This document shows, piece after piece, positions 35,981-44,944 of a stretch of DNA of 64,000 nucleotides. Both the position numbers and the translations under genes were made by a program. The DNA lies in assembly GCA_949949035.1 (NCBI GenBank), contig CATLHJ010000003.1, forward strand, positions 14,065-78,064, read 5' to 3'. Under the pieces are notes generated by a model. That model did no database searches. It was given only the letters and a program-made list of their open reading frames with translations, and was not told where the DNA came from. Every line of letters starts with the position of its first letter. The stretch's first letter is position 1. This DNA comes from an uncultured Clostridia bacterium. GTDB lineage: Bacteria; Bacillota; Clostridia; Christensenellales; UBA1242.

Positions 35981-36276
35981 CCTTGGAAAAAATTTGGGTC
36001 AAAGTGTTACAGGGGTTACGGGCAGCCCAAGAATATTCGCTGTTCGCGTTGTGCAGTAACCTTAACGAAGTGCATTTTACCGACACGCAAATTATTTTAC
36101 CCCCGCACAACTCCACGGAAGCCGCGGTCTTAAAACGTAATTTACCGTTGTTAAACCAACTGGCGGGGGCGGACTGCTTGGTGATTAGTGACGAATTGCT
36201 GACCGAACCCGCCCATAACGACGAATACGTTGCTCGCCTGCAAGAATTATTTGGCGACAAAGTCGAAATTGTGTAA
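35965..36276 (+). CDS. small ORF resembling the C-terminal domain of DnaX (tau), in the -1 frame relative to dnaX
   Basis: LEKIWVKVLQGLRAAQEYSLFALCSNLNEVHFTDTQIILP resembles the W..il..l pattern of Firmicute DnaX C-termini. Possible own start TTG 35983, located 10 nt after a GGAG. Confidence 0.45.
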   Translation: MRSQLTLEKIWVKVLQGLRAAQEYSLFALCSNLNEVHFTDTQIILPPHNSTEAAVLKRNLPLLNQLAGADCLVISDELLTEPAHNDEYVARLQELFGDKVEIV

Positions 36277-36288
36277 TATACTCTTAAT

Positions 36289-36591
36289 ATGAAAAATTTT
36301 CACGTACCGAATAACGGCCAAATGGCCGGACTGATGAAGCAAGCGGAAGCCATGCAAAAGCAAATGGAACAAGCTAAAGCCGAATTGGCGGAAACCGCGG
36401 TGGAAGCCACGGTGGGCGGGGGTATGGTCACCGCATCCATGTCGGGGGCTTACGAATTATTGGACTTACATATTAAACCGGAAGCCGTGGATCCCGACGA
36501 TGTCGAAACCACGGAAGACTTGGTAATCGCGGTCATTAACGAATGTCTGCGCCAAGTCACGGAGTTACGCCATGAAAAATTGCCGTTGTAA
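36289..36591 (+). CDS. ybaB: YbaB/EbfC-family nucleoid-associated protein
   Basis: 100 aa. MAGLMKQAEAMQKQMEQAKAEL ... GGGMVTASMSG ... EDLVIAVINE. Conserved position directly after dnaX. Confidence 0.85.
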   Translation: MKNFHVPNNGQMAGLMKQAEAMQKQMEQAKAELAETAVEATVGGGMVTASMSGAYELLDLHIKPEAVDPDDVETTEDLVIAVINECLRQVTELRHEKLPL

Positions 36592-38077
36592 ACCCGCGTA
36601 CCGGATTGCCCCGTCACCGAGGCGGGAACAAGGCGCCCGCGGTCGGGATGTTGCTCCCGCGTACCGGATTGCCCCGTCACCGACTGGTTACGTGCACCTT
36701 GGCACCATCGGCATGGCGCTAGTTAACAGTTATTTGGCGCGCCAAAACCACGGCACCTTTTATTTACGCATCGAAGACACCGACAGCAAACGTTACGTGG
36801 CCGACGCGGTCGCGAAAATGAAAACCACTTTTGACTACTTCGGCTTCCAGTTTGACGCGGAGTACGTGCAAAGCGAACGCACCGCCCTTTACCAACAGTA
36901 CGCGCGAGCATTAATTGACGCCGGTAAAGCGTACTATTGCTTCTGTACCGCCGACGAATTGGCCGCCATGCGCGCGGAACAAGAAAAAAAGGGCGTCAAA
37001 ACGGGCTACTACGGTGCCTACGCCAAATGTCGTCACCTGTCACCCGCGGAAGTGCAAAAACGTCTGGAGCGGGGCGACCCGTACGTAGTGCGCGCAAACT
37101 TTGGCTACCAAGATTGGGGCGAACGCATTACCTTTACCGACGCGGCGAAAGGCGAAATTGCCTTACCCCCGCAAATCAACGACCCAATCATTTTGAAAGC
37201 CAACGGCGTACCGCCGTACAACTTTGCGCACGTGATTGATGATACTTTAATGCACACCGCGTTAGTGGTGCGCGGGGAAGAGTGGTTAATTTCCACCGCC
37301 GAACATTTACAATTATGCGACCTGCTGGGCTTTCCGCGCCTGCATTATTTACACATGCCGACCATCAATATTGAGGAGAACGGCAAAAAACGTAAACTGT
37401 CCAAACGTAAGGACCCCCAAGCCTTGGTAATGAACTTGGTCGACGCGGGCTACCCACGGGACGCGATTCTTGAATACCTGCTGACCATTTACAACACCGA
37501 CTTTGAAAGTTGGCGTACCGCTAACCCGACCGCCGATCTGACCGCGTTTACTTTCCACATTGACAAAATCGGCACCAACAACCCGTTATTCGACTTGCCA
37601 AAACTGAACGACATTGCCAAAAACGTGTTCGCCCGCCAAACTACCGCCCAAGTAGTCGCCGCCTTTGACGCGTGGCAACCCACGCATTTGCCCGACCTGT
37701 CACCCGTAGTTAAAGACCGCATCCGCCGAATGTTCGCGGTGGAACGGGGTGGTGAACGTCCACGTAAAGACTTAATTAAGTTCGGTGACATCCCAACCTT
37801 ATACAGTTACTTGTTCGACGAGATTACCGTGGACGTCGCCCAAATCGACCCCGCGGTGGTCGCCCGTTACGCGGAGATCTACGACGATCGCGACGACCAA
37901 GCAACTTGGTGGGCAAAAATTAAAGCCATGACCGACGACAAAAAGGAACTGCGACGCATTGCCGCGAATATTCGCTTGGCGGTCACGGGGCAAACCAACA
38001 CCCCTGACCTGTGGTCCATTTGTCGAATTCTCGGGGAAAAAGTCGTAAAAAGTCGTTTATTACGGTTGGCTAGATAA
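36572..38077 (+). CDS. gltX: glutamate--tRNA ligase
   Basis: RIAPSPTGYVHLG (HIGH region), RIEDTD and KLSKRK (KMSKS). The only in-frame start is the ATG at 36572, which gives an N-terminal extension of roughly 30 aa. Confidence 0.9.
   Translation: MKNCRCKPAYRIAPSPRREQGARGRDVAPAYRIAPSPTGYVHLGTIGMALVNSYLARQNHGTFYLRIEDTDSKRYVADAVAKMKTTFDYFGFQFDAEYVQSERTALYQQYARALIDAGKAYYCFCTADELAAMRAEQEKKGVKTGYYGAYAKCRHLSPAEVQKRLERGDPYVVRANFGYQDWGERITFTDAAKGEIALPPQINDPIILKANGVPPYNFAHVIDDTLMHTALVVRGEEWLISTAEHLQLCDLLGFPRLHYLHMPTINIEENGKKRKLSKRKDPQALVMNLVDAGYPRDAILEYLLTIYNTDFESWRTANPTADLTAFTFHIDKIGTNNPLFDLPKLNDIAKNVFARQTTAQVVAAFDAWQPTHLPDLSPVVKDRIRRMFAVERGGERPRKDLIKFGDIPTLYSYLFDEITVDVAQIDPAVVARYAEIYDDRDDQATWWAKIKAMTDDKKELRRIAANIRLAVTGQTNTPDLWSICRILGEKVVKSRLLRLAR
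36593..36683 (+). repeat. 28-bp exact direct repeat with 63-bp period at the gltX 5' end
   Basis: cccgcgtaccggattgccccgtcaccga occurs at 36593-36620 and 36656-36683. It is in frame and duplicates the AYRIAPSP peptide. Confidence 0.9.
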
Positions 38078-38086
38078 AGGAACACG

Positions 38087-38644
38087 ATGAACACAACCGA
38101 CGCCAAACAACGAAAAACGACCAAAAACGATAGGGTGTTGCGCCATAACGACCTGACCGGAATTGCGGCCGCCGTGCGTGCAGGGGAAATTATTGTTTAC
38201 CCGACCGACACCGTGTGGGGATTGGGGTGCGACGCGACCAACGCGGCAGCCGTCCAAAAATTGCGCGCCACCAAGGGCAAACCCGACACCGCGCCGTTAA
38301 TTTGGTTGTTACCATCGCTGCGCGCTGTGCAAAAGTATTGCGGGCAATTTTCGTCGGAGGCACGTAAACTGTTGTTAAAACCGCACACCACGGTGGTCAT
38401 CAACGGCCAAAGTGTGCGCGTGGTGCGGCACGGTTGGGTCAATCGTCTGTTAGCCCGTTGCGGGGTGCCGTTGGTCGCGACCAGTGCCAACCGCCACGGC
38501 CAACCCACGGTACAAACTTGGCGCCAAGCCGTAGCCGAGTTCGGTGACGCGGTGACTGTGGTCCGCGGACGCAAAATTTACCACCGCGCGCCCAGTACGG
38601 TAGTGACCATTAAAGACGGACAAACCCAGATTATTCGCGAATAA
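38087..38644 (+). CDS. tsaC: L-threonylcarbamoyladenylate synthase (TsaC/YwlC type)
   Basis: IIVYPTDTVWGLGCDA, KGKPDTAPL and VATSANRHGQP motifs. Confidence 0.85.
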   Translation: MNTTDAKQRKTTKNDRVLRHNDLTGIAAAVRAGEIIVYPTDTVWGLGCDATNAAAVQKLRATKGKPDTAPLIWLLPSLRAVQKYCGQFSSEARKLLLKPHTTVVINGQSVRVVRHGWVNRLLARCGVPLVATSANRHGQPTVQTWRQAVAEFGDAVTVVRGRKIYHRAPSTVVTIKDGQTQIIRE

Positions 38645-38663
38645 ACCGGCATAGACATGGGTA

Positions 38664-39578
38664 ATGGACGACACTTTGTACCATTACTTACAACATTTAT
38701 GCGGTGCCACCAACGTTAAACGTGACGAACCGTTAAGTAAACACACCACTTGGCGGGTCGGGGGCAACGCCGCTTATTTCGTGACCGTTCTTGACAAAAA
38801 CACGCTGTGCCGGTTAATTTCCGCATTGGTGTTTTTAGACCAACCGTACTTTATTTTAGGTCTTGGCGCGAACGTGTTGGCCAGTGACCGTGGCTACCAC
38901 GGGGTAATTATCCAGTTGGGCTTTACCGAGATTACCCACACCGACGATTTTTTGTACGCCGACGCGGGGGCGACGTTAGGGACAGTGGTGGGCTACGCAC
39001 GCGACCACGGCTTGACGGGCCTTGAGTGGGCGACCGGTATTCCCGCCACCGTCGGCGGTGCGACCTTTATGAACTGTGGCGCGTTTGGGCATAGTTGGGG
39101 GGAGCGCGTGGTCTTGGTCGACGTGCTTGACCGTGGGGTCGTTAAAACCCTGACCGCCAACCAGTTAAACTTTGGTTACCGCCATTCCGTATTTATGGAG
39201 CAACCATACCTGATTTTGGGGGTCTATTTACGCTTGGACCAAGGCGACCCCGCAATCATCAACCAAGCCATGACGGAAGTTTTAGCCAAACGCGCCGGGC
39301 ACCCCCGCGAGCCCAGCGCCGGCAGTGTGTTTAAGCGCCCGCGGGACGGCTTCTACGTCGGGGCAGAAATTGAAAAATTGGGGCTGAAAGGCTACCGCGT
39401 GGGGGACGCACTGGTCAGTCCCGCCCACGCCAACTTTATTGTTAACGTGGGGCAAGCCACCGCGGACGACATTTTACGGGTGCTAACCCACGTACAAGAC
39501 ACGGTCGCCGCGGCCACGGGGGTGACGTTAGACCCCGAAATTCGGTTGCTTGGCGACTTCGACGCCCCCGTAAACTAA
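38664..39578 (+). CDS. murB: UDP-N-acetylenolpyruvoylglucosamine reductase
   Basis: LSKHTTWRVGGNA, ILGLGANVL, GLEWATGIPATVGGA and SAGSVFKRP motifs. Confidence 0.9.
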   Translation: MDDTLYHYLQHLCGATNVKRDEPLSKHTTWRVGGNAAYFVTVLDKNTLCRLISALVFLDQPYFILGLGANVLASDRGYHGVIIQLGFTEITHTDDFLYADAGATLGTVVGYARDHGLTGLEWATGIPATVGGATFMNCGAFGHSWGERVVLVDVLDRGVVKTLTANQLNFGYRHSVFMEQPYLILGVYLRLDQGDPAIINQAMTEVLAKRAGHPREPSAGSVFKRPRDGFYVGAEIEKLGLKGYRVGDALVSPAHANFIVNVGQATADDILRVLTHVQDTVAAATGVTLDPEIRLLGDFDAPVN

Positions 39579-39715
39579 CTGCCTGCGCCCCGACTTTTCG
39601 GCAAAAACCGTCATTTTTCGCGACACGGGTGGTGAAAAACGGGGGTAAAGTAAATTATTTGCCAAGTTCCCCGTTTGGCGGTAAAATTAAGTACGCATTA
39701 TTGGGGGGAACGATA

Positions 39716-40885
39716 ATGAACACAGCCAACATCTTGTTAATGGTGTTCGTGATTGCTTTGGCCGTCTTGGCTTTGTGGTGGGCGTTTAATACCATCCGCC
39801 AAATTCAACTGCAAAAAGAGTTCGCGTCCGTGGCCTTAATCAGCACCGCCAAACTGTGGAAAAAAACCCAATACGTCCCCGAAGACGCGCGCGATCGCGA
39901 ATCGTTGTATCTGTACCGCGACTTTTTGGCCAAGTTCGATGACGCGCAGCAACCGCTGTACCCGTTAATCGTTAAGGACGGGAATGTGCGTTGCTTGACC
40001 CGTCGCGAATACGACCGCGCTTGCCACCAACGCGACAAACAACCGGTCTCCATTTTAGTGTTAATTGCTACCATTATCTACGCGGTTTGCGCCATTGCGT
40101 TTAACCTGAATAACTTACTGTTTGGTATTGGTTTGGCGGCGATTATGCCCGTATGGTTAATCGTGTTAGCCGTGTTCGTTAACCGTTTCAACAAAGACAA
40201 AAACAACTACCGCAACCAATTATTTACCACTTTGCAAGCCAACAGTGCCGACTTTTTACGCTTAACCAAGCCGTACATTGTGGTCGATGCTTACCCACAA
40301 AAGTTCGGCAAAAACGCGAAGCCCCGTTACGTCGCGTTAGGTGACTTAACCGACGACCAAGTTACCGACATCAAAAACTTTATCATTCGCCAAAAGCAGG
40401 CCGAAACCGAGATTGTCACCCGTAATGTGGATAACCAGTACGAAATTGACCGCCTGCAAGGCAAAGAACAACCCGTGGCGTTTGACACCACCTTGACCGC
40501 CCCGACGGCCAGTTCCGCTACCGCGTCCCAACCGACCGCCCCGCAATTGTCGACCGCGGAAAAAACCGACGTGTTAATGAAACTGCTGGACGACGGTATC
40601 GCCGCCGAGCAAAAAACTACGGTTACCGTACCGCAATCGTTATCACGCCAAGAAAAATTCGACCTGCTGACCAAATTGGTGCACGACGGAGTCGTGGCCG
40701 AACAAAAGGCCGCCGCGCAACGTGCCGCGTTAGCCAACGCGCCGTTAGAAGCAATTAAAGAACTGCCGCCCTTGGCACCACTCGGGGACAGCACCCCTGC
40801 GGAACCGGACGCGGACGACTTTTCGTTGGACGCGATTGGTTTGGCGTTAGACGCGGAAATTGCTAAACGTCGCAAGAAGGCTTAA
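39716..40885 (+). CDS. membrane protein with two SHOCT-like C-terminal repeats
   Basis: ATG at 39716 after a GGGGGG RBS. One TM helix near the N-terminus plus two more in the middle of the protein. Repeats EKTDVLMKLLDDGIAAEQK and EKFDLLTKLVHDGVVAEQK. Confidence 0.55.
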   Translation: MNTANILLMVFVIALAVLALWWAFNTIRQIQLQKEFASVALISTAKLWKKTQYVPEDARDRESLYLYRDFLAKFDDAQQPLYPLIVKDGNVRCLTRREYDRACHQRDKQPVSILVLIATIIYAVCAIAFNLNNLLFGIGLAAIMPVWLIVLAVFVNRFNKDKNNYRNQLFTTLQANSADFLRLTKPYIVVDAYPQKFGKNAKPRYVALGDLTDDQVTDIKNFIIRQKQAETEIVTRNVDNQYEIDRLQGKEQPVAFDTTLTAPTASSATASQPTAPQLSTAEKTDVLMKLLDDGIAAEQKTTVTVPQSLSRQEKFDLLTKLVHDGVVAEQKAAAQRAALANAPLEAIKELPPLAPLGDSTPAEPDADDFSLDAIGLALDAEIAKRRKKA

Positions 40886-42027
40886 TTGGTCGCAATAAAA
40901 TCAATGTACAGCGCGTAACCCTTGGCGGGGTCGCGGGTTAAAGCGTGGGTTAAAACCCCCACCAAATGCCCGTCTTGAATAATGGGACTGCCACTCATCC
41001 CGTGCACAATGCCGCCCGTTTGGTCGAGTAACCGTGGGTCGGTTACCCGAATCACCATGGATTTGTCTTGCGGTTGGTTTTGATAACGGGTTTTAATAAT
41101 TTCGCACGCGTATTCGGTCACGGTGGTCCCGTCCAAAGCCACGCACAAGGTAGCCGACCCCGGCTTCACGTGGTAACGGGTGGCCACCGGCAAGGTAGTA
41201 GTTAATTGCCGGCGCAACGGACTGTCCGCGGGCAAACATCCCGTAACTCCGAACGCGGTACCGCGGGTAATGGTGCCCACCGGTTCGTTCGGCCGTAAGG
41301 AACTTTCAATGACTCCCGTTTGTTGGCCTTGAGTGGGGACAATCCCGTGGGTTTGCACCGCGTACACGTCGCCCCCGCGCAAAGTAACCGCCGTGCCGGT
41401 GGCGCTGTCGGTTAACGGGTGGCCTAACGCGGTAAAAGTGCTGTCCGCGGGGTTAACCATGGTGACAATGCCCACGCCATCCGTCGTATCGCGCAACGCC
41501 CAATCCGCGGACGGGGTCACGGTTTTTTGCCGTTTTTGTTTGCCACGCGTCAAAGTCACGGTCACCGTACTTTGCCCCGCGGTAGCGGCGGTCAAGTCGG
41601 CTAAACTGCTGACCCGTTGCCCGTTCACCGCGGTAATCAGGTCGCCCGCCCGCAAATCGGCGGTGGCACTGTCCGCGGTGACCAACACGCCGTCGATTTG
41701 CCCACACAAGCCCACGGGTAAACCGCCAAGTATGACTTCGTCGAAGGGTAACACGTTAACCGCGACCCGTTTTAACGGAATAAGATTAAATAATTTAATA
41801 GTAATGTACTTTTCGCCACCGTTACCGTCGCTCGTGGTGGGGGTGGCGGGATCGGCCAGTTGCGCGTATTCACTGGGTGATAGGGTAATTTGGTCGGGCG
41901 CGTTTAAGCCCCGTACCGTCGGCACCACCACAACTACGTAAATGGTGATTAATAAAACCACCAGTCCGCTGCTGCGTAACCAAAAGCGCCACTTTTGCAT
42001 ACCGCATTTATCTTGTGCCGAAAACAT
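40882..42027 (-). CDS. spoIVB: SpoIVB peptidase (S55 family, PDZ plus protease)
   Basis: PDZ-like LRAGDLITAVNGQRVSSLADL. Protease motif HGMSGSPIIQDGHLVGVLTHALTRDPAKGYALYIDF. The start is either 42027 or 42000. Confidence 0.8.
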   Translation of the reverse strand: MFSAQDKCGMQKWRFWLRSSGLVVLLITIYVVVVVPTVRGLNAPDQITLSPSEYAQLADPATPTTSDGNGGEKYITIKLFNLIPLKRVAVNVLPFDEVILGGLPVGLCGQIDGVLVTADSATADLRAGDLITAVNGQRVSSLADLTAATAGQSTVTVTLTRGKQKRQKTVTPSADWALRDTTDGVGIVTMVNPADSTFTALGHPLTDSATGTAVTLRGGDVYAVQTHGIVPTQGQQTGVIESSLRPNEPVGTITRGTAFGVTGCLPADSPLRRQLTTTLPVATRYHVKPGSATLCVALDGTTVTEYACEIIKTRYQNQPQDKSMVIRVTDPRLLDQTGGIVHGMSGSPIIQDGHLVGVLTHALTRDPAKGYALYIDFIATN

Positions 42028-42037
42028 ACAATTTATT

Positions 42038-42667
42038 ATGTGGCACCGCTTGTGGCTGTGGTTAACCAGCGGTTTACGGCTTAAATACCAAGTTTACCGC
42101 CGTACGCTGTGGTGGTTAGTGGTCTGGTTGGTGGTCGGCATAGTGTTGGCCATTATTTCGTTGGCCGTCGGTGGCGTAGGCGTGGACGACATCAACTACC
42201 ACCTGATTGACGGCAATATTTTACAAATGGCCGACCCTAACGCCGGCATTGGCGGTTTTATTTGGCAAAGGATGTTAGCGTTGTGCCTGCCACCATTGGT
42301 GTTATTGGTGCTGGCGTTAATTTCGCGTTTTACCGCGTTAGCCATTTTCCCACTGGTCTTAATGCACGGTTATTGGTTGTGTTTGTCGGTCTGGTGGACG
42401 TTCATGTACTATTCGTTCAACGCTATTTTTTTGTTAACCTTTTACTTAATTTGGTTAACCTTGGTGACCATAGTCTTGTTTGTCGCGTTAATTGGGGTGT
42501 ACGCGTGGGTTCGCACCGTGCGGGAGCAACACTTCCGCTGTCGGGGGTGGTGGTGGACGCTATTGCGCGGAGCCGTGCTGTTAACCGCGGTGGCGGTCAT
42601 CATGGGCATTTTTGAATACTTGGTTTTTTGGACGATGCTCGGGCGCATTGTGTACCGACCGATCTAA
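42038..42667 (+). CDS. hypothetical polytopic membrane protein
   Basis: ATG at 42038. About 209 aa with 5-6 TM helices. Divergent from spoIVB. Confidence 0.5.
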   Translation: MWHRLWLWLTSGLRLKYQVYRRTLWWLVVWLVVGIVLAIISLAVGGVGVDDINYHLIDGNILQMADPNAGIGGFIWQRMLALCLPPLVLLVLALISRFTALAIFPLVLMHGYWLCLSVWWTFMYYSFNAIFLLTFYLIWLTLVTIVLFVALIGVYAWVRTVREQHFRCRGWWWTLLRGAVLLTAVAVIMGIFEYLVFWTMLGRIVYRPI

Positions 42668-42721
42668 ATGTATAAATTTGTTTAACGAATAAATTTGACA
42701 ACATTGGCCCATCCTAAGGCT

Positions 42722-43951
42722 ATGAAACAACATAAACTTTGGTTAACGTTACTGACCACCGCGGCGGTTGGTGTCGGGGGAGTAGCCGCGGCTGCACCAT
42801 GGCGGGTTGGCCAAGCCAGTCAAACACCCGTTCACGCGGTGAATGCCGCGGTGCAACCGGCGGACAATAATTTACCGAACGCCCCGCAAATTACCGCCAA
42901 GGCGGCGTTTTTGTGGGAAGCCAACAGTGGCACCGTGCTGTACGCGAAAGACGCGGAACAACGGTTGCCGATTGCGTCGATGACCAAGGTGGCAACCTTG
43001 GGGGTGATTTACCAAGCGTTGGCCGACGGGCAAATAACCATGGACACGCCGGTCACCGTCAGTGATTACGCCGCCAGCATGGGGGGCAGTCAAGCCTTTC
43101 TCGATGCGGGCAGTACCTACACCGTCAAAGACTTGGTACAATCAATCGTGGTCGCGTCGGCCAACGACAGTTGCGTAGCGCTGGCCGAACACATCGCGGG
43201 CAACGTGCCGAATTTTGTCGAAAAGATGAACCAATTTGCACGAGACGCGGGAGCGACCAACACCAACTTCGTCAACTGTACCGGTTTGCCTGCGACGGGC
43301 GCGTACTCTTGCGCACGTGACATGGCGTTGATGTACCAAGTTATTATGCGTTCGCCGCATTATGGGGACTTTAACCACGTGTGGCTGTACGACTTGACCC
43401 ACCCCAGTGGGCGCGTAACGGGGTTGACCAACACCAACAAGTTAATCCGCAGTTACCCGAACTGCTTGGGGGGCAAAACTGGCTTTACCAACGAAGCAGG
43501 ACACTGTATTACCGTCGCCGCCCGCGCCAACGACCTGTTACCGATTGCTGTTATTATTGGTGCGCCCGACAGCAAAACCCGCTTTAACGAAAGTCGGGAA
43601 CTGTTAGACTACGCGACCGAAAATTTCCGCAACCAATTACTGGTTGACCGCACGATCCCGATTAAGACGGTCAAAGCCAAAAATGCAGTTATCGACGAAG
43701 TCACCTTGTACCCGCAACAAGATTTCTACTTTTTGACCGCGCAAGGCGCAGACGCGGGCGTCACCATTGCCACCGAAATTCCCGACGTCATTACCGCGCC
43801 ACTGGGCGCCGACACGGACTGCGGGAAAATCTACGTCATGCAAGACGGCCAAGTATTAAGCGAAATTACCGCGGTGCCGAACTTGCCCGTACCCGCCGCT
43901 TCCTATTGGCAAACGGTGCAAAAAATTGTGGAACGCAGCAACTTAACGTAA
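42722..43951 (+). CDS. D-alanyl-D-alanine carboxypeptidase (S11, DacB/DacF-like)
   Basis: Signal peptide plus the SxxK (ASMTKV), SxN (ASAND) and KTG (GKTGFT) motifs. Confidence 0.85.
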   Translation: MKQHKLWLTLLTTAAVGVGGVAAAAPWRVGQASQTPVHAVNAAVQPADNNLPNAPQITAKAAFLWEANSGTVLYAKDAEQRLPIASMTKVATLGVIYQALADGQITMDTPVTVSDYAASMGGSQAFLDAGSTYTVKDLVQSIVVASANDSCVALAEHIAGNVPNFVEKMNQFARDAGATNTNFVNCTGLPATGAYSCARDMALMYQVIMRSPHYGDFNHVWLYDLTHPSGRVTGLTNTNKLIRSYPNCLGGKTGFTNEAGHCITVAARANDLLPIAVIIGAPDSKTRFNESRELLDYATENFRNQLLVDRTIPIKTVKAKNAVIDEVTLYPQQDFYFLTAQGADAGVTIATEIPDVITAPLGADTDCGKIYVMQDGQVLSEITAVPNLPVPAASYWQTVQKIVERSNLT

Positions 43952-43982
43952 ATTATCGTTAACCACCGTTAATCACTGACCG

Positions 43983-44010
43983 AACGGTACGCCTCGCGCG
44001 TGCCGTTTTT
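43983..44010 (+). terminator. rho-independent terminator
   Basis: aacggtacgc-ctcgc-gcgtgccgtt (10-bp stem with one G-U pair) followed by ttttt. Confidence 0.75.
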
Positions 44011-44063
44011 GGTGTTCCTTGCTTGACCGACCACCGGTTTTCGGGGTAGACTGATAAGCGTAC

Positions 44064-44148
44064 GCGGCTATGGCGGAATTGGCAGACGCTCGGGACTAAG
44101 GATCCCGTCTCGCAAGAGGTGAAGGTTCAAACCCTTTTAGCCGCACCA
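44064..44148 (+). tRNA. tRNA-Leu, anticodon AAG as read from the sequence, encoded CCA
   Basis: Acceptor stem gcggcta/tagccgc, 3-bp D stem, anticodon stem cggga/tcccg with loop c-t-AAG-g-a (anticodon 44098-44100), 14-nt variable arm (class II), T arm gaagg-ttcaaac-ccttt, discriminator A and CCA. Confidence 0.85.
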
Positions 44149-44149
44149 A

Positions 44150-44173
44150 AACCGCCCAACGGTGGTTGTTTTT
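44150..44173 (+). terminator. rho-independent terminator after the tRNA
   Basis: aaccgcc-caac-ggtggtt hairpin followed by gttttt. Confidence 0.6.
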
Positions 44174-44200
44174 CGGCAGGCAGTGTAGTACAATTAGAAC

Positions 44201-44944
44201 ATGGATCAACCGAATAATACTATCCGCCGTTGCGGCGACATGTTTATTAAGTTTACCAAGGACGGACAACCCGAATACGGCTTTACTTACGACGCTTATC
44301 ACCGCACGCTTAAACGCTATTATAACTTGCACGACGACCCGACTTTGGCCGACCTGTTGGCACCGGTCAAGCGCATTGAATTACCGACTTGGCACGTGGA
44401 CGTCGACAACCAAAAGATGTTGGCAGCACTAGCCGATTACGCGACGCCTAAATCTGATGCCGACAGCATCGACCGTACTCTCGCCGAACAAGCACTGGAA
44501 AATTACGCCCAAGGCGGCATGAAGATTGCCGACGGGTGCTTTAAGGGGTTAAAAGAATTGCAACTGGTGGTGCCAGGCAATTATTCGGTGATGCTTGATT
44601 GGGGTTGTTTTGACGACGACGCTAAGGTGGAATTGGTGTTGTCGCCCGCCATGGACTTGAAGCAGATCGGGCGCACCTTTGACACCGGTTACGATTACGC
44701 CCACGAACATTGGCCGTTAATTGCGCACCAGGATTTTGACTTCCGTAACGAAGAATACGACGTCCGCGACTACCAACCCGACCAAGACCATTGCCAATTC
44801 GCCATCAGTTACCCCGCAAAGTTAACCACGTGCATGGTGACGCCGGTTTACGCCAATTTCAAGTTGCACCCCTACCACCGACCCACACTCACACCCCAAG
44901 GTTACCGACCTATCGCTCCGGCGGACGACGGGAAAACGTTATAA
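44201..44944 (+). CDS. hypothetical protein, orphan family A (copy 1)
   Basis: 247 aa. Paralogue of 45045-45860 (G.P.YGFT; ENYAQGGMKIADGCFKGLKELQLVVPGNYSVMLDWGCFDDDAKVELVL). The ADGCF...L...VP...V.L..GCF unit resembles a single BspA-type leucine-rich repeat unit. Confidence 0.5.
   Translation: MDQPNNTIRRCGDMFIKFTKDGQPEYGFTYDAYHRTLKRYYNLHDDPTLADLLAPVKRIELPTWHVDVDNQKMLAALADYATPKSDADSIDRTLAEQALENYAQGGMKIADGCFKGLKELQLVVPGNYSVMLDWGCFDDDAKVELVLSPAMDLKQIGRTFDTGYDYAHEHWPLIAHQDFDFRNEEYDVRDYQPDQDHCQFAISYPAKLTTCMVTPVYANFKLHPYHRPTLTPQGYRPIAPADDGKTL

Noticed and set aside
35984-35990. The A6 run (ggaaaaaatt) as a dnaX slippery site.
   Set aside because: It lies after the zero-frame stop codon (35978-35980), so it cannot mediate a frameshift that bypasses that stop.
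36450-36680. 76-aa minus-strand ORF with the internal repeat TGQSGTR.
   Set aside because: Its repeat merely mirrors the 28-bp duplication at the gltX 5' end. It is antisense to the ybaB/gltX junction. Not considered a gene.
36592-36700. T-box or other leader RNA upstream of gltX.
   Set aside because: No intergenic space exists, since the gltX start overlaps the ybaB stop. No specifier-loop or T-box consensus could be recognised.
40882-43951. spoIVB, a membrane protein and dacB-like as a novel sporulation module.
   Set aside because: The individual genes are ordinary sporulation and cell-wall functions. Adjacency alone gives no evidence of a new system.
44096-44332. 78-aa minus-strand ORF.
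   Set aside because: It overlaps the tRNA-Leu gene and its terminator, and it is antisense to the first orphan gene. No supporting signals.
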